From the NCBI GenBank assembly GCA_008632985.1, contig QPGO01000234.1, positions 1-64,000 on the forward strand: DNA of 64,000 nt, in the 5' to 3' direction. The position numbers and the translations under genes are program-made. The first letter of the stretch is position 1; each line of letters starts with the position of its first letter. The notes below the pieces were generated by a model. The model saw nothing but the letters and a program-made list of their open reading frames with translations, made no database searches and was not told where the DNA came from. Of the stretch, positions 49,016 to 60,058 are shown piece after piece. The DNA comes from Psammoneis japonica. Taxonomy: Eukaryota.

Positions 49016-49745
49016 GACTCTGTCCAAACACTGTCATACCGTAGGTATGATCATACCCACGTCACGCAGGCTTTTATGATGACGTCATAGGTCATACCCG
49101 TAATGTTCTGTCCAAACACATTCGTACGTACGATAGTACCTCATAGACATTAATCGAATGATTCAAACTTACAGTACGCGAAGCAACACCAGATACAACA
49201 TGAATGAACCAGCGACAACAACACGACGAGAACGACATGACCATGACGACGAGAACGCAACCATAAGGCGACAATAAGCCATACAAAGGACACCCATTGA
49301 TGAAAAAATCATGCTTATGTATAACTTATGGCTAAATCAGTTGTCTGTAAGAGTGTATGACATGAATTTATTTTAAGAAACTGTTTGGCAAAATGGTTGT
49401 GTCAGAAGAGTCCAGAATGGCACACAAAGCCCCCCAAAGACAACAAAAAGCTCATGCATGGTCTTAAGAGGTTGCCTCATATAACACACAGCCACATGCG
49501 CTTTGGCCGTATCAAAAAACGATGCATATCGGTTGTTTTCGTGTTTCGTCGGTGGGGTATGATGTTTGGGTATGATGTTTCCGAGGAAGTCTGTTCTCGC
49601 GAGAACAAACATCCTCATGAAAGTTGGTATGGCCTAAAATTACGTCATGCATAGGGCTAATAACCACTAAATTTTTCGAAGAGGCTCATTTTAGGCGCTA
49701 TGACGTCAGGTATGATCATACGCATGACAGTGTTTGGACAGGGTC
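49016..49745. mobile_element. PIF/Harbinger (Tourist-like) MITE, 730 bp, TpA-retaining
   Basis: TIR GACTCTGTCCAAACACTGTCAT / ATGACAGTGTTTGGACAGGGTC with TAA TSD on both sides. Subterminal GGTATGATCATAC palindromes. Confidence 0.9.
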
Positions 49746-49794
49746 TAATAAAAATACATCGCACAACGCTGCAATCTGAAATTTGCACTACACC

Positions 49795-51651
49795 ATGGCG
49801 TCGTCCGCAAGATACAACGACCATGACGGTCCCACACAGCCTGATCCGAAATGTCAGCGACTGACAGTGGAGTCAGATTTAAACTTGAAATCGTTGAGAG
49901 AGAACCTGGAGGTGAAACAGCGCGAGCTCGAAGATGCCTTGAACACGTGCAAAGAAAAGCTCGCTGCGCACATGCAAGCGACACCAGAAGAACTCACATC
50001 AGCTGACACTCCCCCCGTCAAGCATCGCAGTCGAAAGAATGATGATGAACAAAGTCTTTCCCGCATCGGAAGAATGTGGAATGACACTCGGACCCAAACT
50101 CTTTCCCATTGCCGAAAAAAGCTTCTCAACGAGGGCCGTTGTTGTCATCGGTGTGAGGAGACATCCAACGGGGAGATGGCTTCATTCGAGTGCGGCTGTT
50201 TTAATGTGGATGATCGAGATGCAAATGGCATCTGCGGAGTTCGCTTGTGCACAAAATGCGCAACAGATTTGAAAGAATTCAAATGGTCGGATCTGAAAGT
50301 CTGCGAAGTTTGCAAAACACTTTCTTGCCAGATCAACCCTGCAACTGCTGAGTTCAATTTCACCAAATGCGTAACTTGCTTTTGCGATGTGGCAGAAAAT
50401 CGAACTCACTTGGAGCAACATGAAGGAAAAGGATTTTTGGAGAAAAAGCATGTGTGCGAGCCATGTGTCTGGGCATGCTCCGCTGCTGCATGCCGCTGCA
50501 CCAGTGCAACTTGCCTTGTGTCGCCCGGGGTAGTGCCAAAAAAGCAGCTGAGGAGTCAGAATGATGGCGGTTGCAGCAACACTGTTTTCGGTGGTCACCT
50601 CAACAATGATGTCCTGTCGACTGTTCTTGACTGTTGTGGATCGAGAGAACTGATGCGGTTTGCGCTGGCCAGTTTCGACAACTTCCATCTTGCCGAAAGT
50701 TACGCGAGTCGACTTTGTCAACTCTTGAATGGCAGCCCTGCCCCCAAAAAGTGTTGGTCATTACATTGTAGATTGATCTATCGTCTCGAGGTTGGAGCAG
50801 CAACAAGACTTGGCTTTTTGTCAGCCGACGACTTTGAAGGCGCACAGCGACACCTTCGGCGCCGCGACAACCTTTGCTTTACAAAGGTTCACGGTCCATG
50901 TGACTTCGCATTGGTGAAACATTGCCGGCACAGGATTGAAATTGAGGACAATTTATTTGAGCCGGCAAAGCTTGGGGCCATTTGCGGCAACAAGATCCTT
51001 TGCTCCAATGTGGGATCGCATTGTGTCATTGGTCGTGTGCTCTCATCGCGGTCTGTCGCTCCACTTTCGATCGGATTGGTTTCAACAGAATGTGACCCTT
51101 TGGCGCCATGTAACGAACTGGGTTCTTGCTGGGTTGCACACCATGAGTTGGATTTAAGTCACTTTATTTGGTCCATGGGGCCAGACGATGTCGACCAGGT
51201 TGGTGCAATTTTCGGTGTCAAATTTGACCCTGGCTCGCGGACTCTGTCGTATTTTGACTTTTTTGCTGAAGATCTTGATGAATTTTTCCGCATGAATGGT
51301 GAGGACAGTGAGGATGAAAGGCTGCCCAGTGGAGCCAGTGCAATGGAACGACAAGTCTGCATCGAAGAAGCTTCAATGTCTGCCGGTCCACTGCACTGGG
51401 CAATGACAATGGGCACAAACGAAGAACCTGCCGATGGAAGCGAGTTCATTGAAATGCCGTCAAGGGTGTCGTTGCGCGATTGCACCGCAGCTGAATTTGA
51501 CCAGCTTTATGACCGTTCTTGCAGGCAGCACATGAATCATGGTCGCGTTTCATCTCACCAGGCAAATGAAGAAAAGATGACGATGCAGGTGCATCTGGCA
51601 ACCTGCAACCCTTCCGCGTGTCATTTGTGTTTTCTTCCATCACGAGCCTGA
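49795..51651 (+). pseudogene. F-box-like gene family copy 3 (open frame but hypermutated)
   Basis: Continuous ORF with coiled coil, CxxC clusters, F-box-like LNNDVLSTVLDCCGSRELMRFALAS and SPRY-like FGVKFDPGSRTLSYF...GPLHWAM. Very few Tyr. Confidence 0.7.
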
Positions 51652-51800
51652 CCTTGTCATGGCTGCAAATCAGCTTGGAAGGTTGTGCTCTCATCTGTCC
51701 TCGCCCCCATGATTGGAGAAAATGGATGCTGTGCAGACATGGCCCGAATGTGAATTACTCCATGAAACATGTTGTGTGCTCATTGTGCAAGCTGTCAATT

Positions 51801-53381
51801 TTACCACGCCCCTCGAAGAACTCGGACTTTTCCTTTGTATTTCTTCGAGCCTTTGGATTTCTTCGAGCCTTTGGATTTCTTGGCACACGACTTTTTCCCT
51901 TTCTTTCCTTTGCCGGTGGAACACGTCTCGCAGAAACACAACGAAACGTCGCCGTTCTCCACACCAGATGCCATGGCTGAGGACCCAATCATAGTGAGTG
52001 CGGCAGCAGCATGCATCTCATTCATTGTGGACGTCGCCGGATCCATGTCCTCCCACCCGTCCATGCACTCGCGACCCCAGCTCGGTTCACTGTCTGTCGC
52101 GGCCGTGCAAACCGCCGTGTGGCCATGTGTGGGAGCATTGGCGATTGGAAGAAATTTGCCAGAAAAACACTGATCGTGAATCACAAAGAGCCGACGCACC
52201 CGGCAGTCGGCAGTGTCAGCTTCAAGCTCGTCTGGTGTGTAGATCTCATCGTCATCAGCAATCCTGTCGCTGTTAAAGTCCCACAGGTTGAGGCCACTGT
52301 CGTTCGTTCCGTGGTTTGATGCACAGACAAGTGGCACATCCGTTTCAGCATCAAGAGACTGGCACAGCTCCCTGATCTTGGCACGAATCACATCTTTGTT
52401 TGTGCCACCCGCAACGTCGTTTCCAGCAAAGTCATCATCGTCACCATCGCCATTGTCGAGATCAAGTGGATCGGACCCATCGCTGCAGCAGGTGAAGATC
52501 TGGCTTGCTAGAAACCCACAGCCCCGGATCTTGCTGCAGACGCTCTTGAGGTTGGTGGCATGCCGCTGACAGTTTGCCCCGTCATTGACGCCGCCAGACA
52601 TCAACACTGCATGCAGGCACTCCTTGTCTTCGGCAGTCCTCCTCCTTCTTTCCAGATGACTGTCTGGAGGCTTGCAGGGAACGTCCGGACAGCCCAGGGG
52701 TGTGACCTCCTTGCACGAAAAGCCGCGCTCGCTTCCACGCCCTTGGTCTGCCCAGACGGCAGGAGGAAAGTCTTTGCCAAACTCCTCGACATGCTCATTC
52801 AGCATGTGGTTCACGTGTGTCCACTCTGCTTCATGCCCAAAGTTTGCAAGTGGTGTAGGATCAAGCATGGCAACCCATGTGTGCGGGCAGGGTAGAGACG
52901 AATCACAAATCCCTGGGTCATGGTCACGAGCCACGGCAGGAGTCTGCCCCGATGCTCCGTCTCCTGGTGCGGCAAAGTCCGTCATCCAGATTGTCTCGCT
53001 CTCAATGGTTCGGTCAAGCACCTTTCATTCAATGCAATCCGCCACATCCTCTGGGGTGATTTCAAATTCAATGTCAGCCAATGCCGGGAAAAATGCCACG
53101 CCGGCAAGAAGAACGAGGCTGCAAAAACCGTTGGCTTGGAAAGAATCATGGGTTGTCAAAGCTGCGTGGGCGCAATGTGTCAATGGTTTTCTGTCTTCGA
53201 CTTTCGACGTTACAAGTTGTTCAGGTTGCTGTTTTTCGAGCATCATTTGTGAGACAATCTTTTCAAGAATCCGGACAAATCCGCGACACTCGTGTGGCGA
53301 TGCACGTTTTTGAGTCTTGACAGCTCCGGATGAATTCCGCGATGCTTGTTGCCGTCCATGACTCAATTCATTTCTCACCAC
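51801..53381 (-). pseudogene. Clan CD (C13 legumain/caspase-like) cysteine peptidase, copy b
   Basis: LHAVLMSGG..NCQRH, putative catalytic SNHG and DQCFSG, and an upstream hydrophobic segment. In-frame TGA at 53027-53025. Confidence 0.78.
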
Positions 53382-53879
53382 GACAGACTTTCAATCGTTG
53401 AGCCATTTCCACAGATGGCTTTGATTCCCATTTACTTCTCTCGGTCACGTGCTGAATCTGATTTTCAGTCTCAACTGCGCTGTAAAAAAGATGATGATGC
53501 CCATTGCATTGCCATCCATGACTCCTCAAATCATTTTAGTGCCTGGAACACCAACTCGAGTTGTCTGATCATGATTTCTCCACACAATTGCGCCGTCTCT
53601 CCCTTGCTGCGAGACAAAAACGTTTGTGATTACAAGATGACACGCTTGGATAGTTTTGGTGACATGGGCCCCGCCCTCCGCATGATTTTCAGATTATTCG
53701 ATTATCGAACCGGGAAAGAGTGAGCGCGGGATGAACCGGGAAAAAGTGAGCGCGGGAAGTCCGTCCGTGTCTCCCCCGTCACCCGACCGCGCGGCGAACC
53801 CGAGACCCGAGCGCAGCGCGCGGTCGTCTTGGTCGCATACTGTATAAAGAGCCTGTGTAAAAAAAAAACGCCTGAGACA

Positions 53880-54976
53880 ATGACGACGCGTTCCGTCCCA
53901 ACCGCTGCAGCTTCTGCCAACAACACAACAATGAGTACTTCGGATGTTGCTACTAGTACTACTCATCATCATACTCAAACGAGCAGTAGTAGCGCAGCCG
54001 CTGCTACAGAAATGACTCGTCGTATGGTTTGTGGTGGACTGGCGGGTGCGATTGCCAAAACAGCCACCAATCCCCTCGAACGTATTAAAATGTTGTCCCA
54101 AACAGGAGAACACGGCTCTACCCAAAAGCAAAGCATTGTCGGACTGTACCGTTCCATTATTAAACACGAAGGCATTGTCGGTTTGTGGGCAGGCAACGGT
54201 GCCAATTTGATTCGCATCTTTCCCTCCAAGGCGGTTGTGTTTTCCTCTCAGGACTTTTACAAATCTCTTCTGACGAGAACCTTTTCAACAGATCACAAAA
54301 ATAGCGCAGTCGCATTCGTATCGGGTGGCATGGCAGGCATGACGGCATCGGCGGTGACGTATCCATTGGATTTTGCACGAGGACGCATTAGTGGCAAACT
54401 CGCCGTTTCTGGCAATCATAAGCAATACAAGGGCATTCTACATACCTGTGTCTTGACAATCAAGGATGAAGGTGTTTTGGCACTCTACAAGGGAATTACA
54501 CCAACACTCATGGGTGCCATGCCCTATGAAGGTATTAAATTTGGAACTGTCGGTGTCATGGAACAACTCTTTCCCAAACAAACAGAAAACAGTAGTAGTA
54601 ACAATGGTCCATGGCGAAAAATGGTATTTGGAGGCATGGGTGGCATCATGGCGGGACTCATCATGTATCCCAATGATACCGTACGACGATTGCTGCAGTT
54701 ACAAGGCAGTCGAGGAACTACAACCGAATTTACAGGGTATTGGTAAGTCGTAAAAGTGTGCTTGTATTTGTTGTGCTCTCATGAGTGAATCTAACCCTCT
54801 TTCCTTCTTCCATAACTTACTTATGTAGGGACTGTGTTCGAAAGACATATGCACGCCATGGCATTCAACGATTCTATCACGGTGTCACGATCAATGTGAT
54901 TCGAATGGCTCCCAACACGGCCGTACAGTTTGGATCGTATGAATTGCTCAAGCAACTGACGGCAGACATGTTTTAG
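53880..54976 (+). CDS. Mitochondrial carrier (SLC25; CoA/Graves-disease-carrier-like), 2 exons
   Basis: Three carrier signatures PLERIK, PLDFAR and PNDTVRR. Intron 54743-54828. Confidence 0.92.
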
Positions 54977-55013
54977 GAATTATGAAAAATACTATAGACC
55001 TCTAGAATTCGGT

Positions 55014-57805
55014 TTACTTTGCACAGAGCTTCTCATTGACGGCTGTGCAGGTACGTTCGAGGTAGCACCCGACATTACCAGTGCAAAAGGCCTTGTCTGC
55101 AACGGATTGAAGTTCTGCAAGAGCTTGGTCCTTGCCATCAATCACCTTGATGCATGACGGGATCAAGGACTGGGAATAAAAGAAACAAACATAGACATTG
55201 GAGGAAAAGACTACTGCCACAGCGAGGGTATTATTTTGGAACCCAACCAACACGCGACAGTCAAACCGCTCCTCGACTCGCAGCACATCCGACGTGACCA
55301 AGTCGAGCCGACCCAATAAGAGACTCAATTCAAAGACGGACGCATCTAGGTCGAAATCCGTCTGCCCCGCTAGGCCCGCATCAATCACTCTGCGCAGGAT
55401 CCAAGGAGACACTTTGTCACTATTCTTTCCCAAGAGCAGCGCTTTGTAAAAGTCACAAGCTTGTGGCTGGACAGTGGCTAACACTTGCACGTCCTCTTGT
55501 GGGTACGACCTGTAGAGAAGTCGAATCGTGGCGAAATGCTTGCTGAGGAAGGAAAATTCCATGTGGTCGTCCATATCCGGATTCAACAGCCATGACACCA
55601 TGCCTTGGGTGGCACGAAACGGGAGAAGGGCACGAGGGAGAGCGTTTTCCACCTCAAACTCGGCCCGCTGTAGCGCTTGTCGGGCATGCACCCACTCTCG
55701 ACGGTCCTTGGCCAAGGCGATTTCCTTCTCCAAGTTGGAAATGGCAGCTTGTTCTCGAGCGATGTGTTGCTTCAAGTTGCAACGGGGCGGCGGCGGTTTA
55801 GATGCAACCTCTAATTTTTCAATCTCGTTCAATTCCACATGCATCGCTTGAAGCTCGAGCTTTTGCCACTCTACAAGCGCAATCAAGTACGCGTAATCGG
55901 TAATCTGTTTCGGAGACAGAGTCTTTGGTACATTTTCCTTGTCATTCGTTTCCAGCTTGTGTTGGTCTCGCAAGACTCGCTCTCGCACACTCGCCAACAC
56001 GGGAACGCGCGTCACACAGGGTACCGGCATGTTCAAGTCGGTATATTGAATCATACCGTGCAACAACGTATTCATGTCCCAATCCGTATTTTCCTTCGAT
56101 GGATCCTGGGCAAGCGTGTCCAAGATATCGACGCAAGTTGTCTACACGAGGAAAATGTGAGAATGGCGCACACGCAAGACTCTTGCCGTTGTTGTTCCGG
56201 GTATCCCTAGTGCGACACACTCACATTGTAACTATTGTCGACACGTTCGAGAGCGCCATGAAGCTGTCTCGAGGGTAGCAATTCTTTGCATGAGGGATGT
56301 TGCTGCTGTTCGAGTGCTCCTCCACCGGTATGGACGTTTCCAAGTCGAATATTGGAGGGAGGTGTCGAGTCTTGAGTCGATGTTGTCTGCATGGTAGTAT
56401 CCATTGGATCGTCATCATGTGTATCATGATCAAGCGCTCCCCCAGATTCGTTGACGCTCCCAAGGCTGATATTGGAGGGAGGAGTCGAGTCTTGAGACGT
56501 CAATGTTTCGTCCATGGGATCCTCGACGGGCGCCTTGGCTGGAGACTCGACCGCGAGGCCAGCCATACCAACATCAATATCATCATCGTCGTCATCATCC
56601 AGCAGGCTGGTAGATCCTTCGGATGGAGAGAAAAAGGCACTGCTTCTTCGTCCGCCACGTCTGCTGCGTCTGGACGAAGGAACTTGCATGGCTTCAAGCT
56701 CGACATCCTCTTCCAATTCGTCCTCTTCATCCATGACTACATCATCCCAACAGGCCAAAATGGCAGAATTTTGCTTTGTCTCTAGTGTCATTTCCTCTTC
56801 TTCTGGAGACGGCGGCTGGTAATCAAGTGGAAAGCGCTCTTGAGCCTCCTTGTCGGGTACGGGTGTCAGCGCATTGGATGGTTTGTCCGTGTCAAACTCG
56901 ACCGCCGAGGCTGTGCCAAATTGAATACTCGTCGAGCGTTGTTGGAGCGGAGCTGTGCATTTATCCGACGTGGGAGTTGCGTATTCGTCTTGTTGTGAGG
57001 AGAAACTTGAGGCGTACGCTGTATTTTGCTTGGAGCGGTACTGGGCTTTCTCGTGCTAGATAAACTGAGAATACAAACAGGTGTGAGCAAAATGTGTGAT
57101 GCAAAGTACTAGCTAAAACAAACATAAGTATACATACCATGACTTTGCGGGCGGCTTTCGACTTGCCGACCAACTCGATTGTGGTTTCGCATTAGCATTG
57201 TTTCCATAACACCACTTCCAGTACTGCTCTGTCTGTTCTTGCGGCGACAGGTACTGAAATCCACTCGGTAAATCACTTGATGTTTCGTCACTACTCTCGT
57301 TGTCGCTGCTGCTACTAGACTTTTCCATTTGATTACGGAACAAAAGCCACTCATCGTCGTCGGGATTCGCCTTGGTGTCGGCTTGTTTGAATCGTCCTCG
57401 TCGTCGCTTGGCGGAATGATTGCGACGGACCTCGTGGGACAGACGCTTGACAGACACCATGTGCAACTCGGGACTCGCAGTCGGTGGAGTCAGCGACCCA
57501 TCCTCCGTACTAGTATCGTCTTGAGCGTTTCGTTCCAGCATGGGAACCGGTGTCGAACACGGAGTTGGTATTGTTGAAATCTGCAAGGACCGTGGTGGGG
57601 ATAGTCGAGCAGCGTTGATATTGTTGCTGATTTCCTCATGATTCATGGCTAGCAGCACGTTCGGTGGAGCGGCTTCCATGAGAGGCTGCCGTAGCGGTGG
57701 GCGTTTACGTTTGGGTACCAAGCGAGGTGCGAGCTTGGAAGGTTTCCATTTCTTGTTTTTGAACAAGCCCTTGAGCACCGGAGAAGCGTCGCTTGTTTTC
57801 GTCAT
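55014..57805 (-). CDS. Multi-exon protein, candidate KNL1/Spc105-like kinetochore scaffold (with apparent frameshifts)
   Basis: Spliced PAKSCLS then SIQFG (SILK/RVxF-like pair), a disordered acidic region with PMDETL/PMDTTM repeats, then a coiled coil and globular C-terminus. Family call is an inference. Confidence 0.5.
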
Positions 57806-58175
57806 GGTGTTTTCTTGTTGTGTTGTGTTCAGATCTTGCGCCGTCCCGTGTTTTTGCGTGAATGCCGTAGAATCCACGTGATGTGTGGTACGAAATCCGA
57901 ACGGTTCTTTGGCGCGACCGTTGGAATTTAAAATCATATCAAACGTATTCAGCATTGAATAATATTTTTCTTATTCGGTATTTCGTGTAGTGATAGACTC
58001 TGTTCGGTCAATGTATTCAGACTCTAAGGCTATCATTTCCCACCGTTGTGTCTTGTCACTTTTTCGTTTGGATTTTTTTTTTTTCGCCTCACTTTTTCCG
58101 CGCTCCAAAAGAGTATGTTCATACCGCCGGGACAAGTTCAAGGCCAATGATACGCATAATATAGACCTCTTCGTC

Positions 58176-58520
58176 ATGGGAAATACAATGTCGTCTGAAG
58201 AAAGACCATTCCTGGAAAGGGCTCTTCGATTTGTTATTGCAAAAATCGTCGAGAACATTCGTGACGAAGAGCTGCCACCCAAGAAAAAGAAAAAACGAGT
58301 GCGATTCCAAGATGATGTGGAAACGTCCGAGATTCCTCGCAATGTCAAGTCGGCAAAATTACGTAATTTTATATCCTCAATGCGAAAACGAACAAGACGA
58401 CAGCAAGAATGTCCGATTCAATCGGTACAGAGTGCTCTTGTGTTGATAGATGCCATTCAGAATACGACACACAATAGAATCTGCAGCGACTTTGATTGGG
58501 ATATTCCATCCAAGTTTTGA
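58176..58520 (+). CDS. Small basic hypothetical protein with KRVRF motif
   Basis: 114-aa ORF containing PKKKKKRVRFQD. Confidence 0.45.
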   Translation: MGNTMSSEERPFLERALRFVIAKIVENIRDEELPPKKKKKRVRFQDDVETSEIPRNVKSAKLRNFISSMRKRTRRQQECPIQSVQSALVLIDAIQNTTHNRICSDFDWDIPSKF

Positions 58521-58918
58521 TATGCGTGATTTGTGGTTTGTAGAGCAGGTATACAAAAAATGAAAACAAAAGGCGCTGAATCAATGACTGTACGGTATTC
58601 ACACACTTCGCCGACTGATACAAGTACATAAAGTAGTTTACTTCGGTCATACGCAAAAAAAGGGAAAGCGATCCAAATGACGAGACTCCTCTCGGACAAA
58701 CAATATTGGACCATAAGAAAACCCATGATCTTTTTGAAGATTGGCTGGCACAGTGAATCTGAATTGATTTCAAAGCTAGCACATACCGCGACATCTTTTC
58801 TATAAATAATTTATCAATTGAATCTTAGACTGGCAAGGACAATTGTGCCATCTCCTCGTTCACACAGAAGCAAATATTAACATCACCTTGTGTCGGCAAA
58901 TAGATTGGTTACGGCATC

Positions 58919-59566
58919 TTAATCTTCTTCGGGAAAGAGACTCTTTAGCACATTCTGCATCAAGGCTGGGAACTGAGTCTCGTCGAATTCAATCTCGTCG
59001 CGCAAGAATTCTGGAAGAACATCTGGATTTTCCAGCGGCTTGTACTTTATGGATTCTTCTTGACTACTTGAAGTGATAGACTCGAGCTGAAACTTGGTTT
59101 GGATTTTGGTTTCCTCGTTTACCACGGTGCAAGCGACCGCACCAAACTTTTCGTTGGTCCCGTCAAACTCAGAAAATGCCATGGATGTAAGCCGCTTGTA
59201 CATTTCAATCTCCTTCTCTTGTCGCTTCATTTTTGCTTCTTGCGTCTGGACATGGGCTTTGAGAGCCGTAAATTCTTGTGCTGCGTCCGTGTTCTCTGCC
59301 CGTAATGTGCCAAGCTCGTGTTCCAAATGCAGGGCGTAATTCTTGAGCGCTCGTTGATTCTTGTTGCTTTCGTGCACAAAGGCTTCTAAATGAGCCTCGG
59401 GTACAGTTACTCGTTCGTGATGTAGATTGACGTACATGCTTTTCCAATACGCCGCCTGGTCGTTATTGACCTTTTCGTTGTGCGATGTAGGCTTGTTCTT
59501 TGGTGGTTGTGACGCAACATTGGAGATATCTGCCAAAGGCATGTGCGTTTCCTGGATTATACTCAT
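58919..59566 (-). CDS. Csm1/Pcs1 monopolin-subunit-like protein
   Basis: YVNLHHERVTVPE plus coiled coil; C-terminal IKYKP...LPEFLRDEIEF...LMQNVLKSL. Start uncertain. Confidence 0.65.
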   Translation of the reverse strand: MSIIQETHMPLADISNVASQPPKNKPTSHNEKVNNDQAAYWKSMYVNLHHERVTVPEAHLEAFVHESNKNQRALKNYALHLEHELGTLRAENTDAAQEFTALKAHVQTQEAKMKRQEKEIEMYKRLTSMAFSEFDGTNEKFGAVACTVVNEETKIQTKFQLESITSSSQEESIKYKPLENPDVLPEFLRDEIEFDETQFPALMQNVLKSLFPEED

Positions 59567-60058
59567 TGCTGAAGAAATTCTTACTGGGTGGCAAGCTCTT
59601 GGATATATCTGATGGGGACAAAAGGTCGACGCCAATAAGATTTAGATTGCGAAGGTGTGTTTGCCCGTTTTGGTTTTTTGCGTTCCAATTTTTTCTTCTC
59701 GTTCAAAATTTTTGAATTTTTTGAATCGCGGCTCCAGTGTAGATGGACAGACGGTGAACGTTGATCAATTTTTCATTTACACTCCTGAAGATTTTAATTA
59801 TATTCTGTGTCGGAGGGAAGTATTCGGCAAAAATTTCGGAAGGCCCAACCCATCATCATTCGCCTCTCTACTCTCTAGCTCTAGCTAGAGTAAGAGGGCC
59901 TACGAGCACCAGATTGGAGGACACACTCCCAACTGGGAGGTCCGGGATCTGGAAGGAGCAGCTTGGAAGTCGACACGCTTTAAAAATGCACCAAGAGGAA
60001 ACAAGAGCAAAATGCAGTTTCACTACATCGGAATCATTATCTTTGAGTTAGGCGTAGT

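Larger units (their letters stand above)
40345..53690. other. TpA-depleted hypermutated repeat domain 3
   Basis: TA is near-absent apart from island 49013-49815 and scattered TTA/TAA/TAGA survivors. CpG is additionally scarce in about 45300-48500. Confidence 0.9.

Noticed and set aside
49990..50520. Confident zinc-finger or RING call for the Cys clusters in the F-box-like genes
   Set aside because: Cys and His are inflated by Tyr conversion, so the call needs an unmutated homolog.
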